This document shows, one piece after another, positions 33,501 through 44,338 of a DNA stretch of 49,735 nucleotides. A model generated the notes under the pieces. It was not told where the DNA came from. It saw nothing but the letters and a program-made list of their open reading frames with translations, and did no database searches. The first letter of the stretch is position 1, and each line of letters opens with the position of its first letter. Source of the stretch: Chrysochromulina tobinii (taxonomy: Eukaryota); assembly GCA_001275005.1 (NCBI GenBank), contig JWZX01003376.1, positions 1-49,735 on the forward strand, read 5' to 3'. The position numbers and the translations under genes were made by a program.

Positions 33501-36500
33501 GACTCGCGCTCCGCCGCCGCCACCGCGTCCTCGCCACCGGCGCCGCTCGAATGGCTGGCCTCGTTTTGCTTGAGCACACACTTCTGCCGCTTCGTGTTAG
33601 GTCCCCCGAACTTCGGCTTGTCAAGGCAAAATACGCACTCGCCACAGTCGTCCATCGCGAAACCAGGGGCGCTCACGCTACTCGGCGCGGCGCCGCCATC
33701 AGAGTCTTTGGTAGAAGTGGACGCGCCGCCAGACGAAGCGCTCGCCGCCCCGCTGGACACGCCGCCAATCCCGAGGATGGGCAGGTGGTTCAGCAGGTGC
33801 TTGAGGCGGCGCAGCATCGCGCGCGGCTCCACATAGTAGAGACGCGTGGCGCCGCCAGCGCCGCCACCGTTGCCGTCGAGATGGCGCGTGGCGAGATCGT
33901 CGAGATCGACGCGCGTGCCGTCAGGCGCCGTCGCGGGCGTTTCCTCGTCCATCTCCATGGGCACCGCGACCGATTCGTCTGCGACGGGCGACGTGGTACG
34001 CGAAGTCTTGATGGGAAGCTCGACACCTTCCAGAGCGATGTCGGCAAACACGCCCAGCGAGGCATCGGACAATATAGCCGCCCAGTTGGCATACCCGTGC
34101 GTGTGCACGCCCAAGAGCAACGCCGCGTCCTCGGCACTAGTCCACGTGCGGATGGGGACCATGCCTGCGACCGCGGCTGTCGAGGCAACCGGGACTCGAG
34201 ACGGCGCCTCATCCGGCGCCCGAGACGACGCCTCATCCGGCGCCGATGGCGCCGCAGCGGCCACCGCGTCCTCGTCCTCGTCGTCGAGCTCGACCACGTT
34301 AGCATCGCCCTCAGAGTCAGCGGCGGCCGCCTTGGTCTCGGCGAGTGTGAAGACGGGGCGTGCAAACTTGATCGGCAAGAGCGGCGCCACGAAGCCGCTG
34401 GAGGGAGCCGCCTCGACTGCGGCGTGCAGCCGGCGCAGGTCGATGAGCTGCGCGGTGAGCTGCTTCGCCTTCGAGATGATGCGGGTGTCGTACCATGTGG
34501 CCGCGGAGAGCGGCTGCGTGCGGCTCACCTCCTCGGGCACCTCGGGTGCTTCCTCTCCTGCCATCCGGTGCAAGCAGGTACCATCAATTGCAAACGGTTG
34601 CAATCAGTTGCCATCCAGTGCAATCGGGTGCAATCCGGTGCAATCCGGTGCAATCCGGTGCAATCCGGTGCAATCCGTTGCAATCCGTTGCAATCCGTTG
34701 CAATCCGGTGCAATCAGGTGCAATCGGGTGCAATCAGGTGCAATCAGGTGCAATCGGGCGCCCCTCACCCGCACGCAGCGCTTGGCCGGTCGTCACGAAG
34801 AACCAGAGGCGCGCGAGCTTCGCCGGGTCGGGCGGCTGCAGCTCTTGCTTCGCCTTGTCGACAAACTCGAGCACTTCATTGTCATACTCATCAGCGGGGG
34901 GGCGGCAGGCCGTTCGCAGGGCCAGCGCCGCAGTGTACAAGCTCGCGCGCTCCACCTCCTCGACAGTGCGAAAGCCGAGACGAGCATGCAGCCGCTCGGC
35001 GCGCCCAAAGCCGAAGGCGAAGAGGCCCGAGTAGAGAGCGTTGAGCTGCGCGCGGTTCCACTCGTTCGCCTCGCGCTTTCGCTTTGACTCCTTGGCCTCT
35101 TTGGCCGGCGCTTCGTCGCCCCAAGACGGCGCCAAGCGCTGTGGCTCACCGACAGAGCGGCGCGAGCGCCGCCGGCCGTACTCGTCTTCGTAGTCGGCCT
35201 CGTCGTCCTCCTCGCCTCCAGCCTCCTCATCACCTAGGACCTTGGTCCAAAAATCGGGATCGTTGAGGTCGAGCTGTGCCTCGGTTCCGTTGTGCGAGAC
35301 GAACGCGGCCTGCGCAAAGGTGCCCTTGACCTTCGCCTTTTCGTCTTCCTCGGTGCCCGTCTTCTTTGTGGCGCAACGGCCGAGGATCGAGTCGATGTCC
35401 TCTGCCGAGAAGGCAGCGATGCGCTCGTCGTGCTCGTCGGTGAAGAGCTCCTGCGCGCCGTGCTTGAGCAGCCCCTCGAGCTCCGCCGCCCGCTCGGCCT
35501 CCTTGACCTTGCCTCCCTTGGCCTTGACACTCGTGCTACCGCCGCCCTCGTCGTCCGCAGCGCCAGCAGTCGTCTGCGCAGCGTAGTCGCCTCGGCCGAT
35601 GATGGCCTGTTCGAGGCCGAGCTTGAAGTTGGCGCGCTCGTACATGGTCTGCTCGTACGTCCCCTTGGTGATCAGTCGGTAGACGGAGACCACCTTCGTC
35701 TGGCCGATGCGGTGGCAGCGCGCCTGCGCTTGCACGTCGTTCTGCGGGTTCCAGTCGGGGTCGTAGATGATGACCGTGTCGGCGGCCGTCAAGTTGATCC
35801 CCACACCGCCCGCACGTGTGCCGAGCAGGAACAGGAATGTCTTCGACTCCGGGTGCGAGAAGCGATCGATGGCCGCCTGGCGCTTCTCGCCAGTGATCGA
35901 GCCGTCGAGGCGCTCGTACGAGTACCGCGAGAGCTTCAGGTAGTCTTCGAGCAGGTCGAGGAGCATCGTGAATTGGGAGAAGAGGAGGACGCGGTGGCCC
36001 TGCTGCTGCAGCTTGGGCAGCAGCTTGTCGAGCAGCACGAGCTTACCCGACGAGGCTATCAGCCGCTCGAGATAGTCGCTGTCCGCGGCTGTGTGCAGGC
36101 GCTCGGCCTGTATCACGCCCTTGATGAGGAACGGGTGGTTGCAGCAGTGGCGCAGCTGCATCGCAAGGTTGTTGAACGAGGGGCCGTTGACGTGGCTCGC
36201 GCCGCGCAGCAGCAGCGATCGATTCTGCTCGAGCAGCGCGCGGTACGTCTGCTTCTGGTAGTTGGTGATCTCGACGGTCACCAGCGTCTCCTCCATCGGC
36301 GTGATGCCGAGGTCGACGTCGCCCTTGGTGCGCCGAAGCAGGTACGGGCGAAGCCGCTCGGTGAGCGCTTCCACCTGCGCAGCCGAGGTCATGTCGCCAT
36401 ACTGCTCGAGGAACGTGTCGATTGAGGGGAAGCCCTCGGCGTCCAGCAGGTTCAGAATCGACCAGAGCTCGCCCACGTTGTTCTGAAGCGGCGTGCCCGT

Positions 36501-38642
36501 CAGCGCGAGCGTCGGAATCGGCCCAAGCGATTGGAGGGCCGCGAGCGCCTTGCCAAACTTGTTCTTGAGCCGGTGCGCCTCGTCGAGGATGAGGTACGCC
36601 CAGCGCTCCACTTTTCGGAACGTCTCGGCGCACGCGGTGAATGTCTCGTACGTCGTGATGCACACGTCAAAGTTTGGGCGCGCGAGGGTCGCGCCGAAGC
36701 CCTTGGCCTTCGTGAGCGCGCGCGGCTTCGAGGCCCACTCGTAGTCGAGAAGGACCTCGCGCGCGTCCGCGGGGCCATGGAAGAGCACCGCATGCAGCGA
36801 CGTCCAATCGCGCACCTGAGGAGGGAAGCAATCAGTGGTCATCAGTGGTCATCAGTGGAAGAGCACCGCATGCATCGACGTCCCATCGCGCACCTCGCGC
36901 TGCCAGTGCGGCACCGTCGAGAGCGGCACCACGATCAGGTACGGTCCCTTAGCCTTGTGGAACGTGTGCAGGCAGTGCAACAGCGTCGCCGACTGCGCCG
37001 TCTTCCCGAGGCCCATCTCGTCACCCAGGATGACGGATCGCCCTCTGACGTAGTTCCAGCGCATCCACTGCACGCCCGCGCGCTGGTAATCGCGTAGCGT
37101 GCGCCCGCCCTTGAAGCTCATCGGCACGTCAACTTCAGGCGTTGGCGGCTCGGCATCGCTAGCAGCCCTGTTGGCAAGCACCCTCTGACGCTCCTCATAC
37201 GCGGCGATCGCGTCGGCACCAGCGATGCGTGCATACTCCCACGTGCACCCCTCGTACCCGAGGCCTCGCCACTTGACCAGGTAGTAAGTCTCGATGTCGT
37301 CCTCCTCGCCATCCTCGTCGCCCTCGGCCGCCTCCGTCGCGGCCCGCGGCACCATGGCAGCGGGCTCGGCCGAGTCTGACGAATCTTGACGAACTTTGGC
37401 AGCGGGCTCGGCCGAGTCTGACGAATCTTGACGAACTTTGGCAGCGGGCTCGGCCGAGTCTAGCGCCTCCTGCTCCTCGCCCTCCTCGACGAACAGCACG
37501 TCGCCCTCGTCGGCCTCCTCGCCCTCGGCCCCAGCCGACTCGTCCTCGTCGACCCCCTTGGGCTTGCGCTTCTTGGGCGAGGGCGGCGGAGGCGCGGCTG
37601 ACTCACTGTGCACCGCAAGGACGCGCTCCACCTCCATGCACGACAAGTACGGGTCGACGAGGCCGCCATCTTTCTCGCGCTTGCGCAGGAAGTTGGCAAG
37701 GCGCTGCTTGGAGAGGCGGCCGTTCTTCTCGATCTCAGCCGCGCTCAGCCAGAGCGCGTGCACGTGCGCCAGGCCGCGCTCCTTGCACAGGTACTCCTCT
37801 TCGCCCGGCGCGCCGCCCGCCACCATCCTCCCATCGAGGATCTTGTCAATACTGTTGAGCTCGTCCTCGGTGGGCTCGACGTTCTTCGCCAGCCCGAGCG
37901 CCGCCTCTGCGGATGCCTTGCCCTGGCTCTTGAGCTTCTTCTCCTTGGGCCCCTTGGCTACTCGGCCGCCCAGCTCGGGCGCCAGCCGATTGATCGCCTC
38001 GAGCTTGAGCTTGCACGTTTTGTGGCGCTTATTCTCGCCGCCAAATTTGGGCTTGTCGCGGCAGTTGATGCATGTGCCGCAGTCGAGCCGCGCGTTGATC
38101 TCCTGCTGGGCGGAGCGGGCCGCCTCGCTCTTGCCAGCCGGTCGATTGGTGGCCGAAGCACAGCTCGGGCAAAACCAGTCACCCTCGGGCACGGAAGCCA
38201 GCGGCGGCGTCAGGCATTGCGTGTGGAACGCCTTCGGGCACGCGTCGCAGAGGAGCAGCTCGTTGCCTTCGATCCACGACTCGACGCCACACACCTCACA
38301 CGTCTCGCCTCTATCTTCCTCCTTGTCCTCCTGAAATAAATCGTCCTCGTCCTTCTCGACATAGGACTTGCCGCCACGCGTCGGGCGCACCGAGCGCCCG
38401 GAGCGCCCGCCACCCCCTCCAGCGCCTCCCTTGTCGTCCGGATGCAACGCATCGAGCAGCGCCGATGCCTCTCTGAGAGCCTGAGCCGCCGCCGCCTCTT
38501 CATCTGCCGGCGCCACCATGTCCATGGCGGCGTCCTCATCGTCGAGCCGCTGGCGCTTGACCACGGAGGCCCCCTTGTCGTCGAGGCCGAGGGCTTCGGG
38601 CGGGTTTGAAGCCAACGGATGTCGCTTGTTCGCGCTGCTCAT
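30574..38642 (-). CDS. CHD-type SNF2 chromatin remodeller (~2558 aa): PHD, CXXC, 2 chromodomains, SNF2 ATPase, SANT/SLIDE-like, CXXC, coiled coil, McrB-N (DUF3578)-like, Agenet/Tudor; introns 36816-36893, 34558-34768 and 30691-30793
   Basis: [38 protein letters not shown] and [26 protein letters not shown]...[12 protein letters not shown]...WFCPSC. The three GT..CAG introns join ORFs 36852-38642, 34734-36842 and 30740-34603 plus a last exon ending ...GMDTEI* into a frame-consistent 7677-nt CDS. Confidence 0.9.
30697..30763. repeat. 10-bp tandem repeat (TCATCAGAGG)n, intronic
   Basis: About six perfect copies inside intron 30691-30793. Confidence 0.9.
34590..34757. repeat. 10-bp tandem repeat (CAATCCGGTG-like)n, intronic
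   Basis: About 16 degenerate copies inside intron 34558-34768. Confidence 0.9.
37355..37461. repeat. 42-bp in-frame tandem repeat (2.5 copies) in the CHD chromodomain region
   Basis: Encodes [14 protein letters not shown] twice plus DSAEPAA. Confidence 0.85.
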
Positions 38643-38876
38643 GTCGCTGGTACTCGTTCGCCTCGGTGGTGTTCGCTTTGCGCGCGCGAAGGTGCGCCGC
38701 AGCAGCGCGCTATGAAAACGCGGTGGAAGTCATGGAATTCGTCTCCACACACCTCCCCTCCTCGGCTTCAATTGATGAAACTGCACAAGGGAAAAACGTC
38801 GTCGCGGGCACGACAGAGCGTCAATGTAACTCCCAAGCTACTTGACATGTAACAAGCCTTTTCACCACCTTCGTCC

Positions 38877-41800
38877 ATGGCGGCGTCCTCATCGTCTAGA
38901 CCACAATACAGCCAGGCGTCGAGCCTCGTGTTTTGCGTCGACTGCCTCGTGTGGGCGAGGCTGCGCGGCTTCCCTGCATGGCCGTCGCAAGTCCTATCAA
39001 TGCCAAGCGACACCAGCAAACCTAAGGCCCGCATGGAGGTCATCTTCCTCGGGACGCACGACAAGTCGTTCGTAAGCGTGGCCGATGCAGCTCCGTTTGA
39101 CCCCGCCGACCGCGAGACCGGGGATCCGCGCTTCATCCCTCCCAAGAAACCGTCGCTGCGCGCCTCTTTTGAAGCCGCGCTCGCGGAAGCGGAGGAATTG
39201 CTCAAGCCGCCGCCACCACCACCGAAAGTCAAGAGCAAGGCGGCCAAGTCGAAGAGCAAGTCGGCCGTCGATCCGCAAGCCCAGGCCGAGCTCGACCGAC
39301 TATCCGCGTATGTCGAGGCACGCGGCGGCACGAGCGACATGCTCGAAGGGTGGAATTGCATCCCGAGCAACCGCACTGGGCGAAAGCCGGGCGAGCCCAG
39401 GGTAGACGTGCAGTACATTGAGCCGGACGGCAACAAGCATCGCTCGCGCAAGGCGGTGGCACGGGCGCTCGGCCTGCTCGACGACGACGAGGAGGAGGAG
39501 GCAGAGCCTCAGGAGGAGGAGGCAGGGCCGCAGCCGACGAGTGAATCGGCCCAGCTAGAGCCGTCGGAGCCTGTGCGCCGCAGCAGCCGTCCCGTCGTGC
39601 CTCTCGCGCGCTTCGGTGTGGACGACGACGACAACGAAGAGGAGTTTAGCGCGCGGTCCGCAAAGGCCGCCGCGCCGACCGCGCTGCCGGCCGGCAGTGG
39701 CGGTGAAGGCAGCCTAAAGCGCGGCGGGCGGGTGCGTTCTTCGCTAACGATGACGCGCCGGAGTCGTTCAGAGCTGCCGCCGCTGCGCAACACGGAGGCG
39801 CGTGCGATTGACCATTACGGATTCGCGGAGGTGCCGTCGATGCTGTCGGCGGACCTGTGCAAGCTGATCGCGGCCGAGCCGATGGATGATGGGGAGGGTA
39901 TCTCGAACGCCTTCCAGAAATCCCTCGAGGGTCCACTCCTCGCAGAATGCGAGAAGGCCCTCGGTGCCTCTTCAGCGGTCGCCGACGCCATCGAGGCCGC
40001 CTTTGGCGTTCGGCGCTTCGCAGTGCGTACAATCAAGATCCTGATGACCGAATTCTGCGCCGCGCCGCAGATCCCGCACGCGGACGACTTTTGCAACCGC
40101 GAGCTCTTCGGCATCGCCCATTTGCTGCCCAACCAGCCCCAGACTGAATGCCTGCCGTACAAGCATGACGCGAACTACCCGACGGGCGTGGCCGCCGAGT
40201 GCGACGCATGCGGTCGGTGGCTGCCGCTGCCGGACAAGATTGCACGCCGGCGCGCGCACTTGGTGAGCTTCACATGTCGGGACGCCAATCGATGTTGCAT
40301 CGGGGAGCCGCCCACCTCGGCGCCCGCGTCCTCCCTCGCGGCCGCCGCGTCTTCGGTCCAGCTCTCGCCGCACTCGCCCACCGCTCGACGCGGGCGAGGC
40401 GGCGACGACGACGATGAGGGTCTCGTGCCGTCGCCTTCGGCGTCCACCAACGTAGCCGAGGTTGGTGGCGGCGGCGGCGGCATGAGCCCGCCGCCATGCA
40501 AGCGGATCCAGCCGGGCGATCGCGTCCAGGGCAAGTACCAGGGGCAGATAGGTGGTCTGAACTGGTTCGACGGCGAGGTGAGGGCGGTGCACGAGGACGG
40601 CACGTGCGATCTGCACTATGACGATGGCGACTACGAGGAGCGCGTGGCACCAAGTTTCGTCAAGGTGGTCGCCTCTGCTATGGAGGAGACCAGGGAGCGG
40701 GAGGAGGTGGAGGAGATGTCGGAGATTGATGCGGCCGAGGAGGCGCGCCTACGAGCCATCGACGATGAGTTTGCCATCGACGTGCTCAACGCCTTTGGCG
40801 AGCTGCTCTACCGCCCCGCCAACGTCATCGACCGCATGCAGCCTATCGGAGCCCCTCCAAGAGCAGGAGATGGCATCGTGGCGCTGCCGACGCTCGTGCA
40901 CCGCGGGCCGGGCGGCAACGACGCGGGCGCGATGGAGCGCAGCGTACTCTTCTTCACCATCGTGCCTCTCTTTGACGACGACGACGGCTTCGAAGACACG
41001 ATTGGCCAATATGATCCAGACGCGCAGATCCACGCGGGCTGGCTGATCTGGCGAACAGGCGCCCTGCTGGGTGACGCCCGGATCGAGCGCATTATGGACG
41101 CGTACGGACAGCTAGGCTTCGAGCTGCGCGCCTTTGGCAAGGGCGCGAAGCTCCTCTTCAAGACAGATAATGGCGAGGCCGCGGCCAAGCCCAAGCGGCG
41201 GCGCCTCACCAAAAAGGGTGCCGACGCGGCTGCTGCTTCTGCTTCTGCGGCTGCTGCTGCTGACAGCAAGCACAAGCCCAAGGGGAAGCCCGGGAGTCGC
41301 AGCGGCCCCTCGGGCCGCACTGGGCGGCGCAAGCCGAAGTACGAGGTGGACGACGATGAAGACGAAGAGGACAAGGACGAGGAGGTGGAGGAGTCCCTTC
41401 GCGCTAGGCCGGTCAATTCCAAGGTAGACGCGGTCGAGCCGGGCGCAGACACGCGGAGCGCGAAGGCCGAGGCGAAGGTGCACGCGGCCGCCGCCAAGAA
41501 GGCTACCGCCGCCGAGGACATGGCGCTCGGCAAGGCGCTCGGCAAGGCCAAGGCCAAGACCGACGCCTCGCATGAAGTGAAGATGGACGCCGATGGCGGC
41601 AGCGGCGGCGGCGGCGGCGGCGGCGAGTCGAGCCAGCATTGGAAGTGGACGAGCCTTGGCGTCGGCGACTCTGTGGAAGATACGAGCGCGGCGGACTGCG
41701 AGGGTGTGGTTGGCACTGCTGCTGAGGGCGCAGCAGATGGCTTGGGGCGTCAAGTGGACGCCCCTACATTCGCCCCTGCAGCGTCCGAACGCTCTTCGTC

Positions 41801-42395
41801 GGCGCCGCGTCCTCGCCCCTTTGTGTGCCGCTACCCGGGCTGTGGTAAGGAATACGTCAACCTCGATGGCTACCGGCGGCACGCGAATAACTCAGGCCAT
41901 GGGTACCTGAACCCACGCAAAGCTGGCGCATCGACAGCACAGGGATCTGCTGCGCCCGACGAATACACCGTATCCGAGACGATGATGGGGCCAGCGATGA
42001 TGGCAGTGCGAGCGCCACAGCCACCATCAGCCCAGCTTCGGACGGAAGTGCAGATGGAAGAGTCCGACGGAACGAACCTGGTCGCCAAGGCCGAAGCCGA
42101 GCTCAGGGCAGCGATGGCTGCGGGCGACCCCGTGCGAATTAAGGCCGCGATCGCCCGTGCCTCCGCGACACTGGCCAAGATGACCGCCCGCGGCAGCCAC
42201 GAGGTCGCCCAGCACCAGGTCAGCCAGCACCAGGTCGGCCAGCACGGTGCCGATGGCCAGCATATGCCCGAGATCGCGTATCCGATGGCCTATCCGATGG
42301 CCTATCCGATGGCCTACCCTTCGGAACTCGAGAGTGCATGGCACCATTACGGTGGCATGATGAGCGTGCCAGAGGGTTGTGGGATAATGGATTAA
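38877..42395 (+). CDS. Multidomain chromatin protein: PWWP, MBD-like, 2OG-Fe(II) dioxygenase (PhyH-like) with inserted zf-CW-like and Tudor domains, and a C2H2 finger
   Basis: PWWP: VWARLRGFPAWP. MBD-like: LEGW..R..VDVQYIEPDGNKHRSRKAVARAL. Dioxygenase: QIPHAD / LVHRG / ERSVLFF. CW-like: ECDACGRWLPLP..FTC. Tudor: PGDRVQGK..WFDGEV..DLHYDDGDYE. C2H2: FVCRYPGCGKEY..H..H. Confidence 0.8.
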   Translation: MAASSSSRPQYSQASSLVFCVDCLVWARLRGFPAWPSQVLSMPSDTSKPKARMEVIFLGTHDKSFVSVADAAPFDPADRETGDPRFIPPKKPSLRASFEAALAEAEELLKPPPPPPKVKSKAAKSKSKSAVDPQAQAELDRLSAYVEARGGTSDMLEGWNCIPSNRTGRKPGEPRVDVQYIEPDGNKHRSRKAVARALGLLDDDEEEEAEPQEEEAGPQPTSESAQLEPSEPVRRSSRPVVPLARFGVDDDDNEEEFSARSAKAAAPTALPAGSGGEGSLKRGGRVRSSLTMTRRSRSELPPLRNTEARAIDHYGFAEVPSMLSADLCKLIAAEPMDDGEGISNAFQKSLEGPLLAECEKALGASSAVADAIEAAFGVRRFAVRTIKILMTEFCAAPQIPHADDFCNRELFGIAHLLPNQPQTECLPYKHDANYPTGVAAECDACGRWLPLPDKIARRRAHLVSFTCRDANRCCIGEPPTSAPASSLAAAASSVQLSPHSPTARRGRGGDDDDEGLVPSPSASTNVAEVGGGGGGMSPPPCKRIQPGDRVQGKYQGQIGGLNWFDGEVRAVHEDGTCDLHYDDGDYEERVAPSFVKVVASAMEETREREEVEEMSEIDAAEEARLRAIDDEFAIDVLNAFGELLYRPANVIDRMQPIGAPPRAGDGIVALPTLVHRGPGGNDAGAMERSVLFFTIVPLFDDDDGFEDTIGQYDPDAQIHAGWLIWRTGALLGDARIERIMDAYGQLGFELRAFGKGAKLLFKTDNGEAAAKPKRRRLTKKGADAAAASASAAAAADSKHKPKGKPGSRSGPSGRTGRRKPKYEVDDDEDEEDKDEEVEESLRARPVNSKVDAVEPGADTRSAKAEAKVHAAAAKKATAAEDMALGKALGKAKAKTDASHEVKMDADGGSGGGGGGGESSQHWKWTSLGVGDSVEDTSAADCEGVVGTAAEGAADGLGRQVDAPTFAPAASERSSSAPRPRPFVCRYPGCGKEYVNLDGYRRHANNSGHGYLNPRKAGASTAQGSAAPDEYTVSETMMGPAMMAVRAPQPPSAQLRTEVQMEESDGTNLVAKAEAELRAAMAAGDPVRIKAAIARASATLAKMTARGSHEVAQHQVSQHQVGQHGADGQHMPEIAYPMAYPMAYPMAYPSELESAWHHYGGMMSVPEGCGIMD

Positions 42396-43356
42396 TGGTG
42401 CCTCAGCAACTGAGAGATGTGGGGGAGCTGGAGCCTGGACGTGTGGAGAGTTTGGACCTCGGTACATACCGATACCATACTCTATAGGACTCTATAGCGA
42501 CAATTTATCGGGTCGAGACTCGAGTTGAGCGCACCATTTTATTGTCGAGTGAGCTCCACAGTGGCCCGCGGCGCGTACGGGTCACTCGCTAAACTCGCGG
42601 CTCGCCGGGGGCTCGGAGAATTCGCGGACCTGTCACCGGTGTCGGGTACGCGACCTAGTTGTCGGACCGTTCCACAAAGCACAATCCGACAAGCGACATG
42701 GTCATTGCATCATACAATGCGCACAATCTTAAGCACAATCCTGAATCCAGCACAAGGCAATAGCGAGGAACACTCTGGTCTCTGCAACTGCCTTTATGCT
42801 TTAATTGAGTAACTCCTTACCACGCCCAGTGAGGTGTGTTGGAGGAGCCGTCTAACCGTCTTATTAATCTGACTACATGTATGTGAATCTCTACACAGTG
42901 CATCTTTCAAATCAGAATCTCCAACACTTTTGTCACGAATCCCGGCTACCACGTAGGAACTCCTACACGCAACACGGGACCTATACCAGCTGTCACGGCG
43001 GGTCGACGCCCGCGTCACGGCTCACGCAATCGGTCCCAATCGGCGTCACGACTCACACGATTGGTCGATTCACGTCCGAGGTGGACTTGATCGGCTCCGC
43101 GGCCCGACGATGTAGAACGGCAAAAATGTTGTCAACCCACAGGTCGAAGACGGCCTTTGCCACCGTCGCGTACTTGGGCTGCCGCGAGGGCGGTGAAAAC
43201 ATCTCCGAGCAGCGCGGGCGGATTGCATTCATTAGTTCCCTATTCCTAAAAGGGGGTACCGGTAAACCGGTAGGGTACGTCTCTATTCGGTGTTCGTGCG
43301 TTCCTGCGCCTGCGCGGTGGTTGCTGGTTGCCAAGCAACTCACCGACGCCTGTCAT

Positions 43357-44338
43357 ATGAGTTGGCGCAAGCCGCGCGTGGCGCCCTTCAAGATTGATCG
43401 TGATAGGCCTGACAACTCGTCCTTGGACACTTTGACAGAGGAAATGATCCATGATCTCGACGAGGCCTTTAAGCTTTTCGACAAGGTGCGCCACTGTAGG
43501 GAGTGGGGTCCATGTTGCTGAGATCCAGCTGTTTTGTGACCACGCCGTTGACAAGAGGTCGTCGTATGTTGTTTCGCAGGATGGTAGCGGGACGATCAGC
43601 CTCGACGAGCTGAGAACAGTCTTCGAGACGTTTGGACAAAAGACAAAGCCAACCTGGGACATTTTCTCAGGAAGAATACAGAATCGGGAAGACCAGGATG
43701 CAATGAGAGAACAGGCCGAGAGAGAATTCGATGAGAACATATTGAAAATGATGCGTGAAGTCGACACAGATAATTCGGGCAGCATCGATCCTATTGAATT
43801 CGCCGAGCTCATGAGTGCGCCTGCTGCCATTGAGTGCGCGCGTGCATGCCATCTCGTCAGCTCACAGGCTGCGGTGTTTTGCTTTGCAGTCCGAAAGATG
43901 AACGAACAAGACGACCCAGCGGTCCTGGAAGAGGCCTTCAGATTTTTTGACCAAGACGGCAGCGGATCCATCACAAGGGATGAGATCAAGGAAGCGTTCA
44001 AATCTGTCATGGCGGAGACTGGGGAGGAACTGCCTGAGGATGACATTGACGACATGATCCAAGAGTTCGACGCAGACGGCGACGGGACTATCGACTTTGA
44101 GGAGTTCAAGAATTATATGACTCAAGGGGACGAAGGGAGGCAAGCAAACGCCATCAATAATTTGGCAAAAGGTTTTCCGAAGAATCGTTCGACTGCTCGC
44201 GAGCGACGCCTCTCGACCTGGGAGTGGAGGACAAAACCATCGGGAGCTCCCGTAGATGCTCCCGCTCCTGCACAAGCTCCCGTGGCCGTTAACGCACCGA
44301 CCCGAAAGGAAAAGCATAGCATATGTACTATTCAGTAG
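43357..44338 (+). CDS. Calmodulin-like 4-EF-hand protein; introns 43486-43579 and 43815-43889
   Basis: EAFKLFDK|DGSGTISLDEL, DTDNSGSIDPIEF, DQDGSGSITRDEI and DADGDGTIDFEEF. The splices are frame-consistent. Confidence 0.9.

Noticed and set aside
34590..34757. Telomeric repeat or coding repeat ([10 protein letters not shown])
   Set aside because: The 10-bp degenerate unit is not TTAGGG-like and lies within a frame-restoring GT-AG intron.
32360..36425. Long plus-strand ORFs (894, 413 and 377 aa)
   Set aside because: These are antisense shadows of the GC-rich CHD coding sequence with no recognisable motifs.
30740..38642. Three separate genes, as in the ORF track
   Set aside because: Canonical introns join them in frame, and the SNF2 motifs continue across the first junction.
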